Assembly (NCBI GenBank): GCA_016861265.1
Contig: BOLA01000001.1
Coordinates: forward strand, 1,023,745 to 1,087,744
Direction: 5' to 3'
DNA length: 64,000 nucleotides
From: Patescibacteria group bacterium
GTDB taxonomy: Bacteria > Patescibacteriota > Dojkabacteria > J137
The translations under genes were made by a program, and so were the position numbers. How positions within the stretch are numbered: the first letter of the stretch is position 1; each line of letters opens with the position of its first letter. The notes beneath the pieces are model-generated. The model was not told where the DNA came from and ran no database searches. It saw only the letters and a program-made list of their open reading frames with translations. Shown here in pieces: positions 37,136-47,388 of the stretch.

Positions 37136-38863
37136 ATGAGATTTAATGCATCGGCAAAAGAGGTTAAGGCATTTATTCTACTATTAATATTAATGATTGT
37201 AGTTGGATTTATTAATGGCGTACCCTTTGTTTTCGGCGATGCTTACGGTTACTTTCATGTCGCAAAATCTTCAATTGACAATGGCTATTACCCCTCATCT
37301 CAACAACCGGAATACTTTGATTATACGGGACATGCAGTAGTTGAATCCAATGAGAAATACATAACTCCATATAGTGTTGGGCAAACAATTTTATATTTCC
37401 CCTTCTTAACAACGTCGATGTTATTTAGTAAGGGAACAATATATACAGATTATTACAAGGCATTTAATGGTCATTCATTTGCTGATGGCATGGCAATTCT
37501 TGCAGCTGCAATGTTCTTTGCATATCTAGGAATAATTTTCTGTTATTTATTTCTTAAACAGTTGGGTTTTACAAAAAAGGTATCATTTTATTCCTCACTA
37601 GCAATGTTTATTGGAGTTTACTTAACATCGTATACCTTTGAACAACCTGGTTATAGTCATGTCTATGAGTTCTTTTCTTATTCAGCATTCTTGTATTTCT
37701 TTATAAAATTTTTCTTTGAGAGAAGTTCTAAATATTTATATATTGCTACAATTTTTGCGGGACTTTTAGTGTTAATTAGAATAGTCGATTCTGTGTTGTT
37801 AATCCCTCCATTTTTATTTGTGCTTTATAAAATGCGTAGCAAGAAGCTTCTACTGACTACTAGTCTTATTGTGGCTGTATTTGGAATCTTCTTTTTACTG
37901 TACAACTATATATCTTATGAAAATCCGTTAACTGTTGGTTATTCTACAAATGGGCAGAATGGGTTTAATTTTGGACTAAATATTATAAATTTGCTATTTA
38001 GTGATACACGAGGCTTGCTTGTCTGGTCGCCAATAGTATTTGTTGCACTAATTGGCATAGCGCTGTATGCAAGAAAATCAAAAATTGCGTTAGTCTTCTT
38101 CCTTATACCAGCACTTTTTCTAATGGTTGTTTATAACTTTTGGGGAAACTGGTGGGGAGGAGTTTCTACTGGACAAAGATTTTTAACTGTACTAGCACCA
38201 ATTTTTGCTCTAGGAATTGCATATTTCTACAATCAGATTAAATTTAAGAGACTTACCAAGTTTGGTCTTCTCGTACTTGTTCTATTTTCAACTGTTACAG
38301 CAATATTTTACAGATTAACTCCAGTATTAAGAGTTAGTTCAGAGTTTAGAAATGACCAGTATGCGTTAACGACACCCGTAACGGAAGACTACAGACTAAC
38401 CGATTTATTTAAATACCACATTAACTTAATTTCGAATAAAAAAAGTCTTAGTGGTTATTTAAATCAGCTTAAAGATAGCTTTAATGGAGGTAGAAGTATT
38501 CTTTTGCTTGCCTTGGGGCAAACCGATCCACTTGTTAGGATTAACCAGGTTGAGGATTTAAAATACAAGGTTTACTTTATACCAAATAATATCAATAAGA
38601 ATATAAAGGCTAATTTAATATTAAGCATAAATTACAAGGATTTATACAAGTCATTTTTAGTATCTGGGGTTGATATGCATAAGGCTGAAAGTGCATTCAT
38701 TACCTGCACCAAATCATTAGACTGCAGCTCCACTGAAATTAATCTAATTCCAATTCTCGCGGATAAATCAAAAGAAAACTTTGCCAGAGTAAGCAATAAT
38801 TCAAAAATCTCTGTGTATGGTGAAAATGTAAGGGTTAACTATGTAAATCTTAAACTTAAATAA
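37136..38863 (+). CDS. polytopic membrane protein (many TM helices plus C-terminal soluble domain); possible GT-C-type glycosyltransferase
   Basis: More than 10 hydrophobic segments in residues 1-400 followed by a roughly 170-aa hydrophilic tail. No diagnostic motif. Confidence 0.5.
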   Translation: MRFNASAKEVKAFILLLILMIVVGFINGVPFVFGDAYGYFHVAKSSIDNGYYPSSQQPEYFDYTGHAVVESNEKYITPYSVGQTILYFPFLTTSMLFSKGTIYTDYYKAFNGHSFADGMAILAAAMFFAYLGIIFCYLFLKQLGFTKKVSFYSSLAMFIGVYLTSYTFEQPGYSHVYEFFSYSAFLYFFIKFFFERSSKYLYIATIFAGLLVLIRIVDSVLLIPPFLFVLYKMRSKKLLLTTSLIVAVFGIFFLLYNYISYENPLTVGYSTNGQNGFNFGLNIINLLFSDTRGLLVWSPIVFVALIGIALYARKSKIALVFFLIPALFLMVVYNFWGNWWGGVSTGQRFLTVLAPIFALGIAYFYNQIKFKRLTKFGLLVLVLFSTVTAIFYRLTPVLRVSSEFRNDQYALTTPVTEDYRLTDLFKYHINLISNKKSLSGYLNQLKDSFNGGRSILLLALGQTDPLVRINQVEDLKYKVYFIPNNINKNIKANLILSINYKDLYKSFLVSGVDMHKAESAFITCTKSLDCSSTEINLIPILADKSKENFARVSNNSKISVYGENVRVNYVNLKLK

Positions 38864-38935
38864 GCCGACAACAGGAATCGAACCTGCAACCTACGGTTTA
38901 CGATACCGTTGCTCTACCAATTGAGCTACATCGGC
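38863..38935 (-). tRNA. tRNA-Thr (anticodon CGT), no encoded CCA
   Basis: Reverse complement GCCGATG-TA-GCTC-AATTGGTA-GAGC-A-ACGGT-ATCGTAA-ACCGT-AGGTT-GCAGGTTCGATTCCTGT-TGTCGGC-T. Anticodon stem perfect; loop A-U-CGU-A-A. Confidence 0.8.
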
Positions 38936-39084
38936 GTACCAGAATCATACCACTTTTTAAAAATTTTTAAGATAGGTATACTAAGCTAATCACAAGATTG
39001 TATAAATTATTTCTTTGACAATATTGTTATAAAGACTGTATTATTTTCGTATCAACTATGCAAAAATTTTAAAAAATTTCACTT

Positions 39085-40128
39085 ATGTTCAGACCAAATT
39101 TCAACTACACAGATAAACTTGTTACCTCTTTAGTAAAACTCGAAAATCTAAAGGCACAATTGGCATCAATGGATTTTTCTTATCCAGTAAAGCATAAGCT
39201 TTCAATGAATGCCAAAACTCAAGACATATTTCATCTAGGTCATATTCTTGGCTTAGACATGACACTAAAGGATGCCGAAAAAATTGCTGGTGGCTTAAGA
39301 CTAGATGGTTTCAAGGATCAAAACGCATACATTTTGGGTAATTTCAGAAATGCTTTGGAATTCAATAGATCTAATATTGCCGATACATATTCAGAAATTG
39401 ACTTTACAGTTTTATTACATGTAAATAAATTAATTACTTCTTCCTGGAGAGAATCATGGGATTCAAGATTCCGAAACGAAAATGATGAATTCGTAGACAA
39501 AGATGAATGGTCAGGTTTAAGAGATATTTCAGTAACTGGTGACCAGGTTCAAAACTCTATGATTGAACTGGTTGAATGGTATAAATCTGCAGCACCATCA
39601 ATTACTCCAATTATAAGAATAGGAATTACTCTATTTAGAATTACGGAAGTAGCACCATATTACACGGCTAATATGCTTAGTGTAATTGGTTTAGCTGATT
39701 ATCTATTTGTAAAAAACGGATTTGCGGGTAAAATCTACTCATCTTTTGTTCGAAACTTTGATTTAAACAAAGCAGCATACAAGGAAGCCTTTGAAGTTTC
39801 AAAAAAAGCTAACGATATTACTTATTGGCTAGAAGTTCTTTCTGATAATTTAATAAAAGAGTTATCCGAAACACGGGAAGACATGAGTAAATTAAATGAA
39901 GATGATGAGAAGGCTAAGAATCAACCTTTCTTAGATCTAAACAAAAGGCAGTTAAAAGTATTAAGGTACCTACAAACTGTACCTATGATTAAAAGAGAAG
40001 ATTATTGTCATATGATGGAAGTTTCTACTATGACTGCATTCAGAGACCTAAATGATTTAGTAAGGAAAAAGCTTATTAAAGTCGAAGGCAAAGGAAGAGG
40101 GACTAAATATAGATTATCAAGCATGTAA
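39085..40128 (+). CDS. Fic/DOC-family-like protein with degenerate active-site motif and C-terminal winged HTH
   Basis: APYYTANMLSVIGLADYLFVKNGF aligns to HPFx(D/E)GNGRxxRLLxxLxLxxxGY, but His, Asp/Glu and Gly-Arg are replaced. C-terminus ...AFRDLNDLVRKKLIKVEGKGRGTKYRL is wHTH-like. Confidence 0.4.
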   Translation: MFRPNFNYTDKLVTSLVKLENLKAQLASMDFSYPVKHKLSMNAKTQDIFHLGHILGLDMTLKDAEKIAGGLRLDGFKDQNAYILGNFRNALEFNRSNIADTYSEIDFTVLLHVNKLITSSWRESWDSRFRNENDEFVDKDEWSGLRDISVTGDQVQNSMIELVEWYKSAAPSITPIIRIGITLFRITEVAPYYTANMLSVIGLADYLFVKNGFAGKIYSSFVRNFDLNKAAYKEAFEVSKKANDITYWLEVLSDNLIKELSETREDMSKLNEDDEKAKNQPFLDLNKRQLKVLRYLQTVPMIKREDYCHMMEVSTMTAFRDLNDLVRKKLIKVEGKGRGTKYRLSSM

Positions 40129-40142
40129 TTAACAATTAATTT

Positions 40143-41438
40143 ATGAAAAGACTAAAACAGATTTATATCTTTGTTTTTATTATAGTTTTAGGTTTATTGA
40201 TACTTCCTCAATTTAATCTAAAGATTGGTGAAAACGAATTTCAATACCCTAACATTGATTTTAGCTCTGTTAATTCAAGTGCTACTTTGGGTAACTTTAG
40301 TAGAGGCTATGACTTATACGATTCCAAAATGTATACAGCTACAGTGAATGTAGATTCAACTCTAACTATAGAAGAAAGAGAAAGGCAATTAAGAGATTTA
40401 GTAGAAGTTATCAGAAATAGAATTAATTATTCTAATTTACACGACATTTATGTAAATGGTGCAATTGAAAACGACACTTATAAATTAAATCTTTCATTCC
40501 CAGACTATATTCAGGAAAGTGATATTATTGCAAAATACTTGGTCGGTAAGGGAGAAATCTTCTTTGAGAATGATCCTCAGGTGTCCCAAACGGGTGTTGC
40601 ATTAAAAGATACAGACATTGTGGGACAAATTAAGAGCATCTACGATGAACAGTATGGAAATGTTTTATCGTTTAAGTTTGCTAATACTGCTTTAACAAAC
40701 TTTTACTTTGCACTGCAAAATACTAATAACTACTTTTTAATGCGAGTAGATTCTACTTACTTTGCAGTTATTCAAGACCCAAATTATACCAACACACAGA
40801 GCCTTGATCTTCAGACTTCTGCAATTGCAGTCCCGTTCGCCGAAGTAAAACTTAGTCCAAATGTAGCAATGTATACAAATATTGTTAGGTCTTACTTTTT
40901 AACTTCTCCTTTAGTAGTTGATGTAAATCTTGATCCAAACTTTAAAACCATTAAAAGAGACTTTGTAGCAGATAAAATCAGCTACATTGCTATATTTATT
41001 GTAGCGGCTGTTGCACTATTAATGTTAATGTACGCTTCTAAAAAAGGCATGACAAAAACAATTAAATTTGTCTTAATGTTAGGTAGTTACATGGTTCTAT
41101 TAACCTTCCTATTAAAGCTTTTATCAGCAACTTTATCGGTAAATTTATTATTAGGCTTTATTCTCGGTTTAATAATAGTTGTATATGCTATAGAAAAGTT
41201 ATTATCGACTGAAGAGGATCAACAAAGGACTTTCTTAAATGTAATAAATTATTATTGCATCTTTATTGCACTAGTAATATTTACAATATATAGATTCTTG
41301 CTTGCGGGAAATACAATGACAGATGCGTTTGGTACATTATTAGCATCGGTAATTTCCTTGCTGTTTCTTTCATATGTTAACTTTAAATTCATACTTGACT
41401 TAGAACCAAATTTTAAACCTTTTAGAAAAAGATTATGA
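40143..41438 (+). CDS. membrane protein: N-terminal anchor, large extracytoplasmic domain, C-terminal 4-5 TM bundle
   Basis: Hydropathy pattern. Its stop overlaps the next start (ATGA at 41435). Confidence 0.5.
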   Translation: MKRLKQIYIFVFIIVLGLLILPQFNLKIGENEFQYPNIDFSSVNSSATLGNFSRGYDLYDSKMYTATVNVDSTLTIEERERQLRDLVEVIRNRINYSNLHDIYVNGAIENDTYKLNLSFPDYIQESDIIAKYLVGKGEIFFENDPQVSQTGVALKDTDIVGQIKSIYDEQYGNVLSFKFANTALTNFYFALQNTNNYFLMRVDSTYFAVIQDPNYTNTQSLDLQTSAIAVPFAEVKLSPNVAMYTNIVRSYFLTSPLVVDVNLDPNFKTIKRDFVADKISYIAIFIVAAVALLMLMYASKKGMTKTIKFVLMLGSYMVLLTFLLKLLSATLSVNLLLGFILGLIIVVYAIEKLLSTEEDQQRTFLNVINYYCIFIALVIFTIYRFLLAGNTMTDAFGTLLASVISLLFLSYVNFKFILDLEPNFKPFRKRL

Positions 41439-42364
41439 ACAGACTTAAATTAGCATTACCTTACATTACAGTAATATTATTTGTAGCTTCGCTTGGTTTA
41501 TTTGTATTTAACCATGGATTTAAATACGATGACTACGAGAATTATATTAGGGTTCAGATTAATGGAACCGAAAATGTAGATTTATTTATAGAAAGACTTA
41601 GAGATACAAGTGGATTAATAGAATTAGATAAGGCAAATAACTTTGCCTACTATCAACAAGTAGATAAGACAGTTGTAGAAGAAAATCTCAATAATGTTAA
41701 AGAGGATTATCCTGAAATTGAGACTACTGTTGAAACTATTTATCCATCAGTTTCAAAAAAACAAAGAATCATTGATTTAGCTTTAACTACAACTTTGATT
41801 ATTGTATTGTTTGCGGCATTCAGTTATGTAACCAAAACACGTGCCTTTAACTGGAACCTAAAAGAATATGCTAAGTATTATGGTCTATATTTTGCAGATA
41901 ATATATTATCTTTAGGAATATTGGCTGGACTTGTTAGTTTATTATCATTGGTATATAAAATAAACGATTATGTACTATTCTCATTCTTTGTGTTGGTAAT
42001 TGTAAAAACATCAATTTATTGGTTTAAATTACTTCAAGAAGACATTAACCAAATGAAGACTCATTTTGTGGAAAATTTTGTTAATGACTCAAGAAAAATC
42101 TTTGTAGTCGCATTAATACTTTGCGTGTTATTGGCTGTAGGTATGGGAGTAAGAAGTGTTATTCCACTAGCCTTTATTTTAGTAGCTATTATTGTTAATT
42201 TCTTGACTAACTACTCGATATTAACGTTTCAAGTTCCTAAATTCAGAAGGGCCCTTGAGCATCAGGTGGAAAATAGAGAAAAGACTCAAACCAAACCAGA
42301 AAAAACAGAGAAAAAGTATGTTCCAAACCCTAAATTAAAGAAAAAGAATAAAAAGAAGAAATAA
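41435..42364 (+). CDS. membrane protein with similar topology and a Lys-rich C-terminal tail (KKKNKKKK)
   Basis: Translationally coupled to the upstream gene. Followed by a strong terminator. Confidence 0.5.
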   Translation: MNRLKLALPYITVILFVASLGLFVFNHGFKYDDYENYIRVQINGTENVDLFIERLRDTSGLIELDKANNFAYYQQVDKTVVEENLNNVKEDYPEIETTVETIYPSVSKKQRIIDLALTTTLIIVLFAAFSYVTKTRAFNWNLKEYAKYYGLYFADNILSLGILAGLVSLLSLVYKINDYVLFSFFVLVIVKTSIYWFKLLQEDINQMKTHFVENFVNDSRKIFVVALILCVLLAVGMGVRSVIPLAFILVAIIVNFLTNYSILTFQVPKFRRALEHQVENREKTQTKPEKTEKKYVPNPKLKKKNKKKK

Positions 42365-42367
42365 ACT

Positions 42368-42391
42368 AAGCCCTCGAAAGAGGGTTTTTTT
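42368..42391 (+). terminator. rho-independent terminator
   Basis: aagccctc-gaaa-gagggtt followed by ttttttt. Confidence 0.75.
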
Positions 42392-42421
42392 ATGCTAAAA
42401 TAAATCGTTTAAAAACCATAT

Positions 42422-43504
42422 ATGAACTTATCTTTAGGCATTGTAGGGCTACCGAATGTGGGAAAATCCACTCTTTTTAATGCATTAACAAAACAGAATG
42501 TATTAGCTGCGAATTATCCATTTGCTACTATTGATCCAAATGTTGGTATTGTACCAGTAAGTGATGAACGACTATATAAAATAGCTGAGATTGCAAAACC
42601 TGCAAAAATTACACCCGCGGTAGTAGAATTCGTAGACATTGCCGGCTTGGTTAAGGGTGCTGCAAGTGGTGAAGGTCTAGGAAATAAGTTTCTAAGTAAT
42701 ATTAAGGAAGTTTCTGCAATTGTACACCTAGTAAGAGTATTCAAGAATGCAAATATAACCCATGTGGAAAATAGTGTTGACCCAACGAGAGATATTGAGC
42801 TTATTAATACTGAACTAATATTAAAGGATGCAGACACCGTAGAAAATAGAATTAATACAATAAAAAGAAACGCAAGATTTGATAAAGATGCGGCTGAGCA
42901 ACTTGATCATTTAACAAGACTAGCGGCACATCTAAATGCAGGCTTTCTTGCAATTGACTTTAATGAACCAGTCTCTGATGTAGTTGCAACCGAAAGAAAA
43001 TCCTTATTTTTATTAACTGACAAACCTGTAATTTATCTAGCAAATTCAGACGATGCAACTTCTGCAGAGGCTATAGAAGCCGTAAAAAAGGTAGTAGGTA
43101 ATAAAACCGTATTGGCTCTAGATGTTAAAACCGAAAGCGAGCTTGCATCTATGGATGAGGATGAACGAAAAATGTTTATGGATGAACTTGGCATTGTTGA
43201 AACAGGAATTAACAGGTTAACCAAGGAAGCCTACGACTTATTAGGACTAATTTCGTTCTTTACTGAGGGACCTGAAGAAGTTAGGGCTTGGACAATTAGA
43301 AAAGGCTCAACTGCTCCCGAGGCTGCCTCAGCAATTCACACAGATTTTCAGAAAAGATTTATTGCTGCGGAAGTATGTCTTTATAGTGACTACTTAACAG
43401 CTGGAAGCTGGGTAAAAGCTAAAGAAAACGGGAAAGTAAGACTAGAGGGTAAGACTTACATCGTTAAGGATGGAGATATAATGATTATCAAGCACAACGC
43501 TTAA
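42422..43504 (+). CDS. ychF: ribosome-binding ATPase YchF (Obg-family GTPase/ATPase)
   Basis: N-terminal LGIVGLPNVGKSTLFNALT (G1 motif) and a C-terminal TGS domain. Confidence 0.9.
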   Translation: MNLSLGIVGLPNVGKSTLFNALTKQNVLAANYPFATIDPNVGIVPVSDERLYKIAEIAKPAKITPAVVEFVDIAGLVKGAASGEGLGNKFLSNIKEVSAIVHLVRVFKNANITHVENSVDPTRDIELINTELILKDADTVENRINTIKRNARFDKDAAEQLDHLTRLAAHLNAGFLAIDFNEPVSDVVATERKSLFLLTDKPVIYLANSDDATSAEAIEAVKKVVGNKTVLALDVKTESELASMDEDERKMFMDELGIVETGINRLTKEAYDLLGLISFFTEGPEEVRAWTIRKGSTAPEAASAIHTDFQKRFIAAEVCLYSDYLTAGSWVKAKENGKVRLEGKTYIVKDGDIMIIKHNA

Positions 43505-43743
43505 CTCTTCCTTTTTAAAAGATACATTAAGCAATCTTTTAGGCTGAATAGTCCCCATACTGCATTTACAATTATAAATGGCAGAGAATTTGTATATATT
43601 GCATAAATAAGTAAAAAAACACTTCCTAGAAAGTTTGCGAAGTCATAAATAAACGAATTGTTCTTTAGTTTATTTAATTGATTTAACAAAAAAGCCACCA
43701 GAACTAAGGCCGAACCGGCAATTCCAACTATAGTTAAGTCCAT
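43501..43743 (-). CDS. small two-TM membrane protein (80 aa)
   Basis: Hydrophobic ORF convergent with ychF (the 3' ends overlap by 4 nt). Confidence 0.4.
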   Translation of the reverse strand: MDLTIVGIAGSALVLVAFLLNQLNKLKNNSFIYDFANFLGSVFLLIYAIYTNSLPFIIVNAVWGLFSLKDCLMYLLKRKS

Positions 43744-43808
43744 ATTTAATTGAATAGATAAGTAAAGGTGTATACAATATAAGTATAAAATAAATTTATA
43801 CTTTTACA

Positions 43809-44612
43809 ATGGAATCAATAATTATAGATAATGTAAAAATTACTCATCCAAATAAGGTATTGTTTCCTGAGTCAGGTATTACTAAGCTTGACCTGATAAA
43901 TTATTATAAAAGTGTATCAGATAAATTTATAAAGGAAGTAATGAATAGGCCAATAAGCATGGTAAGAAGTCCTAATGGAATTAAAGGTCCCAAATTCTAC
44001 CAGAAACACCCTACCGAATCCTTTCCCGAATACGTAGAAAGAGTCAAGATAAAAGAAAAAGATGAATACGATGCTTATATAACTATAGATCAATTGAACG
44101 ATATTTTATATTTAGTAAATATTGGTGTATTAGAATTTCACATCTGGGGTAGCAAAATTCAAGATATTGAAACCCCAGACAGAATTATCTTTGACTTAGA
44201 TCCATCAAATCAAGACGACTCAAAATTAAGGGAGCTAGCATTACTCATAAAAAAAATACTTGAAGATAATGGCTATAAGCCGCTCCTAAAGACTTCCGGT
44301 TCTAAAGGCTTTCATGTTTACGCCGATGTTAGCGAAAGAAGATTCTCCTGGGACGATATTAAACTTATTTCTAAGACAATTGCAGAATCTATTGTAAGAA
44401 TAAATCCCAAGGAATATACAATTGAATTTAGAAAGGAAAAGAGACAAGAAAAAATATTTATTGATTATTTAAGAAATGAACGAGGGTCGACTATGGTCGC
44501 ACCCTACTCCATTAGAATTAAGGAACACGCTCCCATTTCAATGCCTATAAGCTGGAGTGAACTAAAAAATATAAGTCCACAAAGCTATAACATAAATAAC
44601 TATAAAAAATAG
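43809..44612 (+). CDS. stand-alone LigD-type polymerase domain (archaeo-eukaryotic primase, NHEJ PolDom)
   Basis: All three AEP motifs are present: I IIFDLDPS, II LKTSGSKGFHVY, III IFIDYLRNERGSTMVAPYSIR. The N-terminus ...THPNKVLFPESGITKLDLINYY... matches LigD Pol. Confidence 0.8.
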   Translation: MESIIIDNVKITHPNKVLFPESGITKLDLINYYKSVSDKFIKEVMNRPISMVRSPNGIKGPKFYQKHPTESFPEYVERVKIKEKDEYDAYITIDQLNDILYLVNIGVLEFHIWGSKIQDIETPDRIIFDLDPSNQDDSKLRELALLIKKILEDNGYKPLLKTSGSKGFHVYADVSERRFSWDDIKLISKTIAESIVRINPKEYTIEFRKEKRQEKIFIDYLRNERGSTMVAPYSIRIKEHAPISMPISWSELKNISPQSYNINNYKK

Positions 44613-44774
44613 ATGTTTAAACCCTCTTAAAAAGTGACTTAAACTATTATAGAATGTCTTAAATTAAGAAAATAAAATGCCAGAAGTATCTATATTACGT
44701 GTAAAAGTTAACTATACCGATCTACAGACATTCGCACTCCTATTTCTTGAATTAACACACTTTCACCGTTTCTG

Positions 44775-45713
44775 TTGATTTGTGCAGTATATTTTATAAG
44801 AGAAGTTATATTCTGGTTTATTTCCATGGTTAATGGAAATAAGTACTGGAAGTTCATTTATCTATTGAATAACTATGTATTTAGAAAAAGGTATTGGGGT
44901 TTAGTAATTAATGATAAGACCTTCAAACCCGTTAGTTATGCAAAAGTGAAGCTAATAAGGTTTGAAAAGAATAAAGAATCTGTAAGTAAAAAAGTTCTTG
45001 CATCCACTCTATCCGATTTTAACGGTAGATATAATTTTAACTACAAAGGACCATATAAAAATCTATTCTTGGAAGTGCATGGTATTGGTTATAAAGATTT
45101 CTATAAAGAAATTGATACTCTGGAACACTTGTCCAAAAATTCGGAAATGGTTTATGACATATATTTAACTCCTGGCAAGAAGGCATTAACGTTACAAATG
45201 CCTATAATAATCATCAATAAAATTACGAATTTATTAATTTTTACAGCAGCAGCAATTGGTCTAGTAGTGAGCATTTATTCACAATTAACCTACGGATTAT
45301 TTACTGACTTTGTTCTTTCCGCTATATATATTTTTATTCTTTACTACTCATTAAGTCATTTGTTTAGAAGATACACATTAAAAAAATTAGAAGTAATAGA
45401 ATCTTTATTAATGCAAAAAATTCCCGGTGCTGTAGTAAGACTGTATGATAGAAAACATCAACTGCATTTAGCTGTTACCAACTCAAAAGGCTACGTATTG
45501 CTGGATTGGATTCCTGGTGAACATCAAATTTTAGTTACAAAGAAAGGTTATGAACTAATAGATGATAATACAGGAGTTACGAATAGTAAGGCTTATTTAA
45601 CAAATAATAAACATATAAAACTAAAGAAAAGATTTAAGTCCTCGCAGAGTCTTACAACCACACCTAAAGATATTAAAATTAGAACATCTCTTCAAAACCC
45701 CTTTGCTAAGTAG
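44775..45713 (+). CDS. membrane protein with two carboxypeptidase-regulatory-like beta-sandwich domains
   Basis: VINDKTFKPVSYAKVKLIRFEKN...NGRYNF and GAVVRLYDRKHQ...NSKGYVLLDWIPGEHQILVTKKGYE are CarboxypepD_reg-like. Central TM helices. Confidence 0.45.
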   Translation: MICAVYFIREVIFWFISMVNGNKYWKFIYLLNNYVFRKRYWGLVINDKTFKPVSYAKVKLIRFEKNKESVSKKVLASTLSDFNGRYNFNYKGPYKNLFLEVHGIGYKDFYKEIDTLEHLSKNSEMVYDIYLTPGKKALTLQMPIIIINKITNLLIFTAAAIGLVVSIYSQLTYGLFTDFVLSAIYIFILYYSLSHLFRRYTLKKLEVIESLLMQKIPGAVVRLYDRKHQLHLAVTNSKGYVLLDWIPGEHQILVTKKGYELIDDNTGVTNSKAYLTNNKHIKLKKRFKSSQSLTTTPKDIKIRTSLQNPFAK

Positions 45714-45781
45714 AATTAGTAACAATATTTACTATAATAGGTATACAAGTATTATAATAAAGTAATTGTTAATATAATATT

Positions 45782-47014
45782 TTGTTCGAACCCATACCCT
45801 CAAAATTTAGACCGGAGACTCTAGATGAATTTATTGGACAACAGCATTTGGTGGGGAAAGGCATGCCTATTCGTAATTTTATTGAATCAGGTAATATTCC
45901 ATCAATGATATTTTGGGGACCTCCTGGAACAGGTAAGACTACGCTTGCAAATATTATTTCTAAAAGTGTTAATGCGAATATCCATAAATTATCCGCGGTC
46001 ATGGCAGGAAAAACTCAGTTAATGGAAATTGTTGATCAGGCTATTCACGAAAATAAAGATAATAAACTATTTGAACCTAAAAAAACAATTTTATTCCTAG
46101 ATGAAATTCACAGATGGAATAAATCTCAACAAGACTCGCTATTGCCTTATGTGGAAAAAGGAATAATTATATTGATTGGAGCAACAACAGAAAATCCATC
46201 ATTCTCATTAAATCCTGCTTTACTATCAAGAGCCAGAGTATTTACATTTAAAAAACATACATCAGAAGATGTAAAAAAATATCTGCTTTATTTAATAGAG
46301 AAGGTAAAACTAGAAACACCAACCCTGGATTACGATCCCGATGTTATTGAACTAATTGCAAAGTCTTCTGATGGAGACTTAAGAACATCGGGCAATATTT
46401 TAGAAACTGCAATTTATTTATCTAATGGCAATAAGATAAATAAAGACACCTTAAAGAATGCATTGGAAAACTTTCTTCAATACGAAAAAACCGGTGAGGA
46501 TCACTACAATATAATATCTGCAGTTCATAAATCACTGCGAGACTCCGATGCCACCGCTGCAGTTTACTGGGTAGTGCGAATGTTGCAGGCTGGAGACGAT
46601 CCTCTTTATATCTGCAGAAGGTTACTAAGGTTTGCTTCCGAGGATATAGGTAACGCTATGCCAAATGCGGTAGTGCTTGCCAACTCTGTGTTTGAATCAT
46701 GTCAAAAACTGGGTCGACCTGAGTGTGATATTTTTATTGTACAGCTAGTAGAATATTTAGCTAAGGCGCCCAAAAGTAATGCGGCTTATCTAGCATTGGC
46801 ACAAGCTCAATCCGATGTTTCGGAATTTGGTTCATTGCCGGTACCATTAAATATTCGCAATGGTGTTACAAAGTTAATGAAGGATTTAGGTTACGGCAAG
46901 GGGTATAAATACGCTCATGACTTTAAAAATGCCAAAGTGAACCAACAGCACCTACCCGATGAACTTAAAAATAGAAATTACTTTAAGCAGGAAATAAAAA
47001 AGGAAGACAATTAA
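45782..47014 (+). CDS. rarA: replication-associated recombination protein A (AAA+ ATPase)
   Basis: Walker A MIFWGPPGTGKTTLA, Walker B ILFLDEIHRWNKSQQD and a MgsA C-terminal domain. The track start is TTG. Confidence 0.85.
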   Translation: MFEPIPSKFRPETLDEFIGQQHLVGKGMPIRNFIESGNIPSMIFWGPPGTGKTTLANIISKSVNANIHKLSAVMAGKTQLMEIVDQAIHENKDNKLFEPKKTILFLDEIHRWNKSQQDSLLPYVEKGIIILIGATTENPSFSLNPALLSRARVFTFKKHTSEDVKKYLLYLIEKVKLETPTLDYDPDVIELIAKSSDGDLRTSGNILETAIYLSNGNKINKDTLKNALENFLQYEKTGEDHYNIISAVHKSLRDSDATAAVYWVVRMLQAGDDPLYICRRLLRFASEDIGNAMPNAVVLANSVFESCQKLGRPECDIFIVQLVEYLAKAPKSNAAYLALAQAQSDVSEFGSLPVPLNIRNGVTKLMKDLGYGKGYKYAHDFKNAKVNQQHLPDELKNRNYFKQEIKKEDN

Positions 47015-47388
47015 AATCTTAAAGTCTTAATTTGCTCTACTATTTCTATGGAGTAACTAGTGCCGCACTCTGTAATAAAACCATCTACATAACTGTTATG
47101 CACATTTGTATAAGCTTCCCTGACTTTTGCTTCAGGTATCGTGCTTCTAAAATAACTCTGAAATAGTTCTGGATTATCAGCATGCTTCTTCAACTCTTCA
47201 ATTACCTGTTTATCAGCAATTTTAAGAATATCGTTAAAAGACTTTAAACAAATATATCTCAGTGCATCTTTTACAAATTTTTCATCCTGATTTGTTAATT
47301 CCGCTAATCTAAGTAAATACTCTCTACTTTTCTCAGTGAATTCGTAGTTTCCTATATTATTCATATTAAAATAGAATACCTGCTCCAA
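47011..47388 (-). CDS. hypothetical protein (125 aa; TTG start in track, internal ATG at 47364 also possible)
   Basis: ORF only; no motif recognised. Confidence 0.35.
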   Translation of the reverse strand: MEQVFYFNMNNIGNYEFTEKSREYLLRLAELTNQDEKFVKDALRYICLKSFNDILKIADKQVIEELKKHADNPELFQSYFRSTIPEAKVREAYTNVHNSYVDGFITECGTSYSIEIVEQIKTLRF

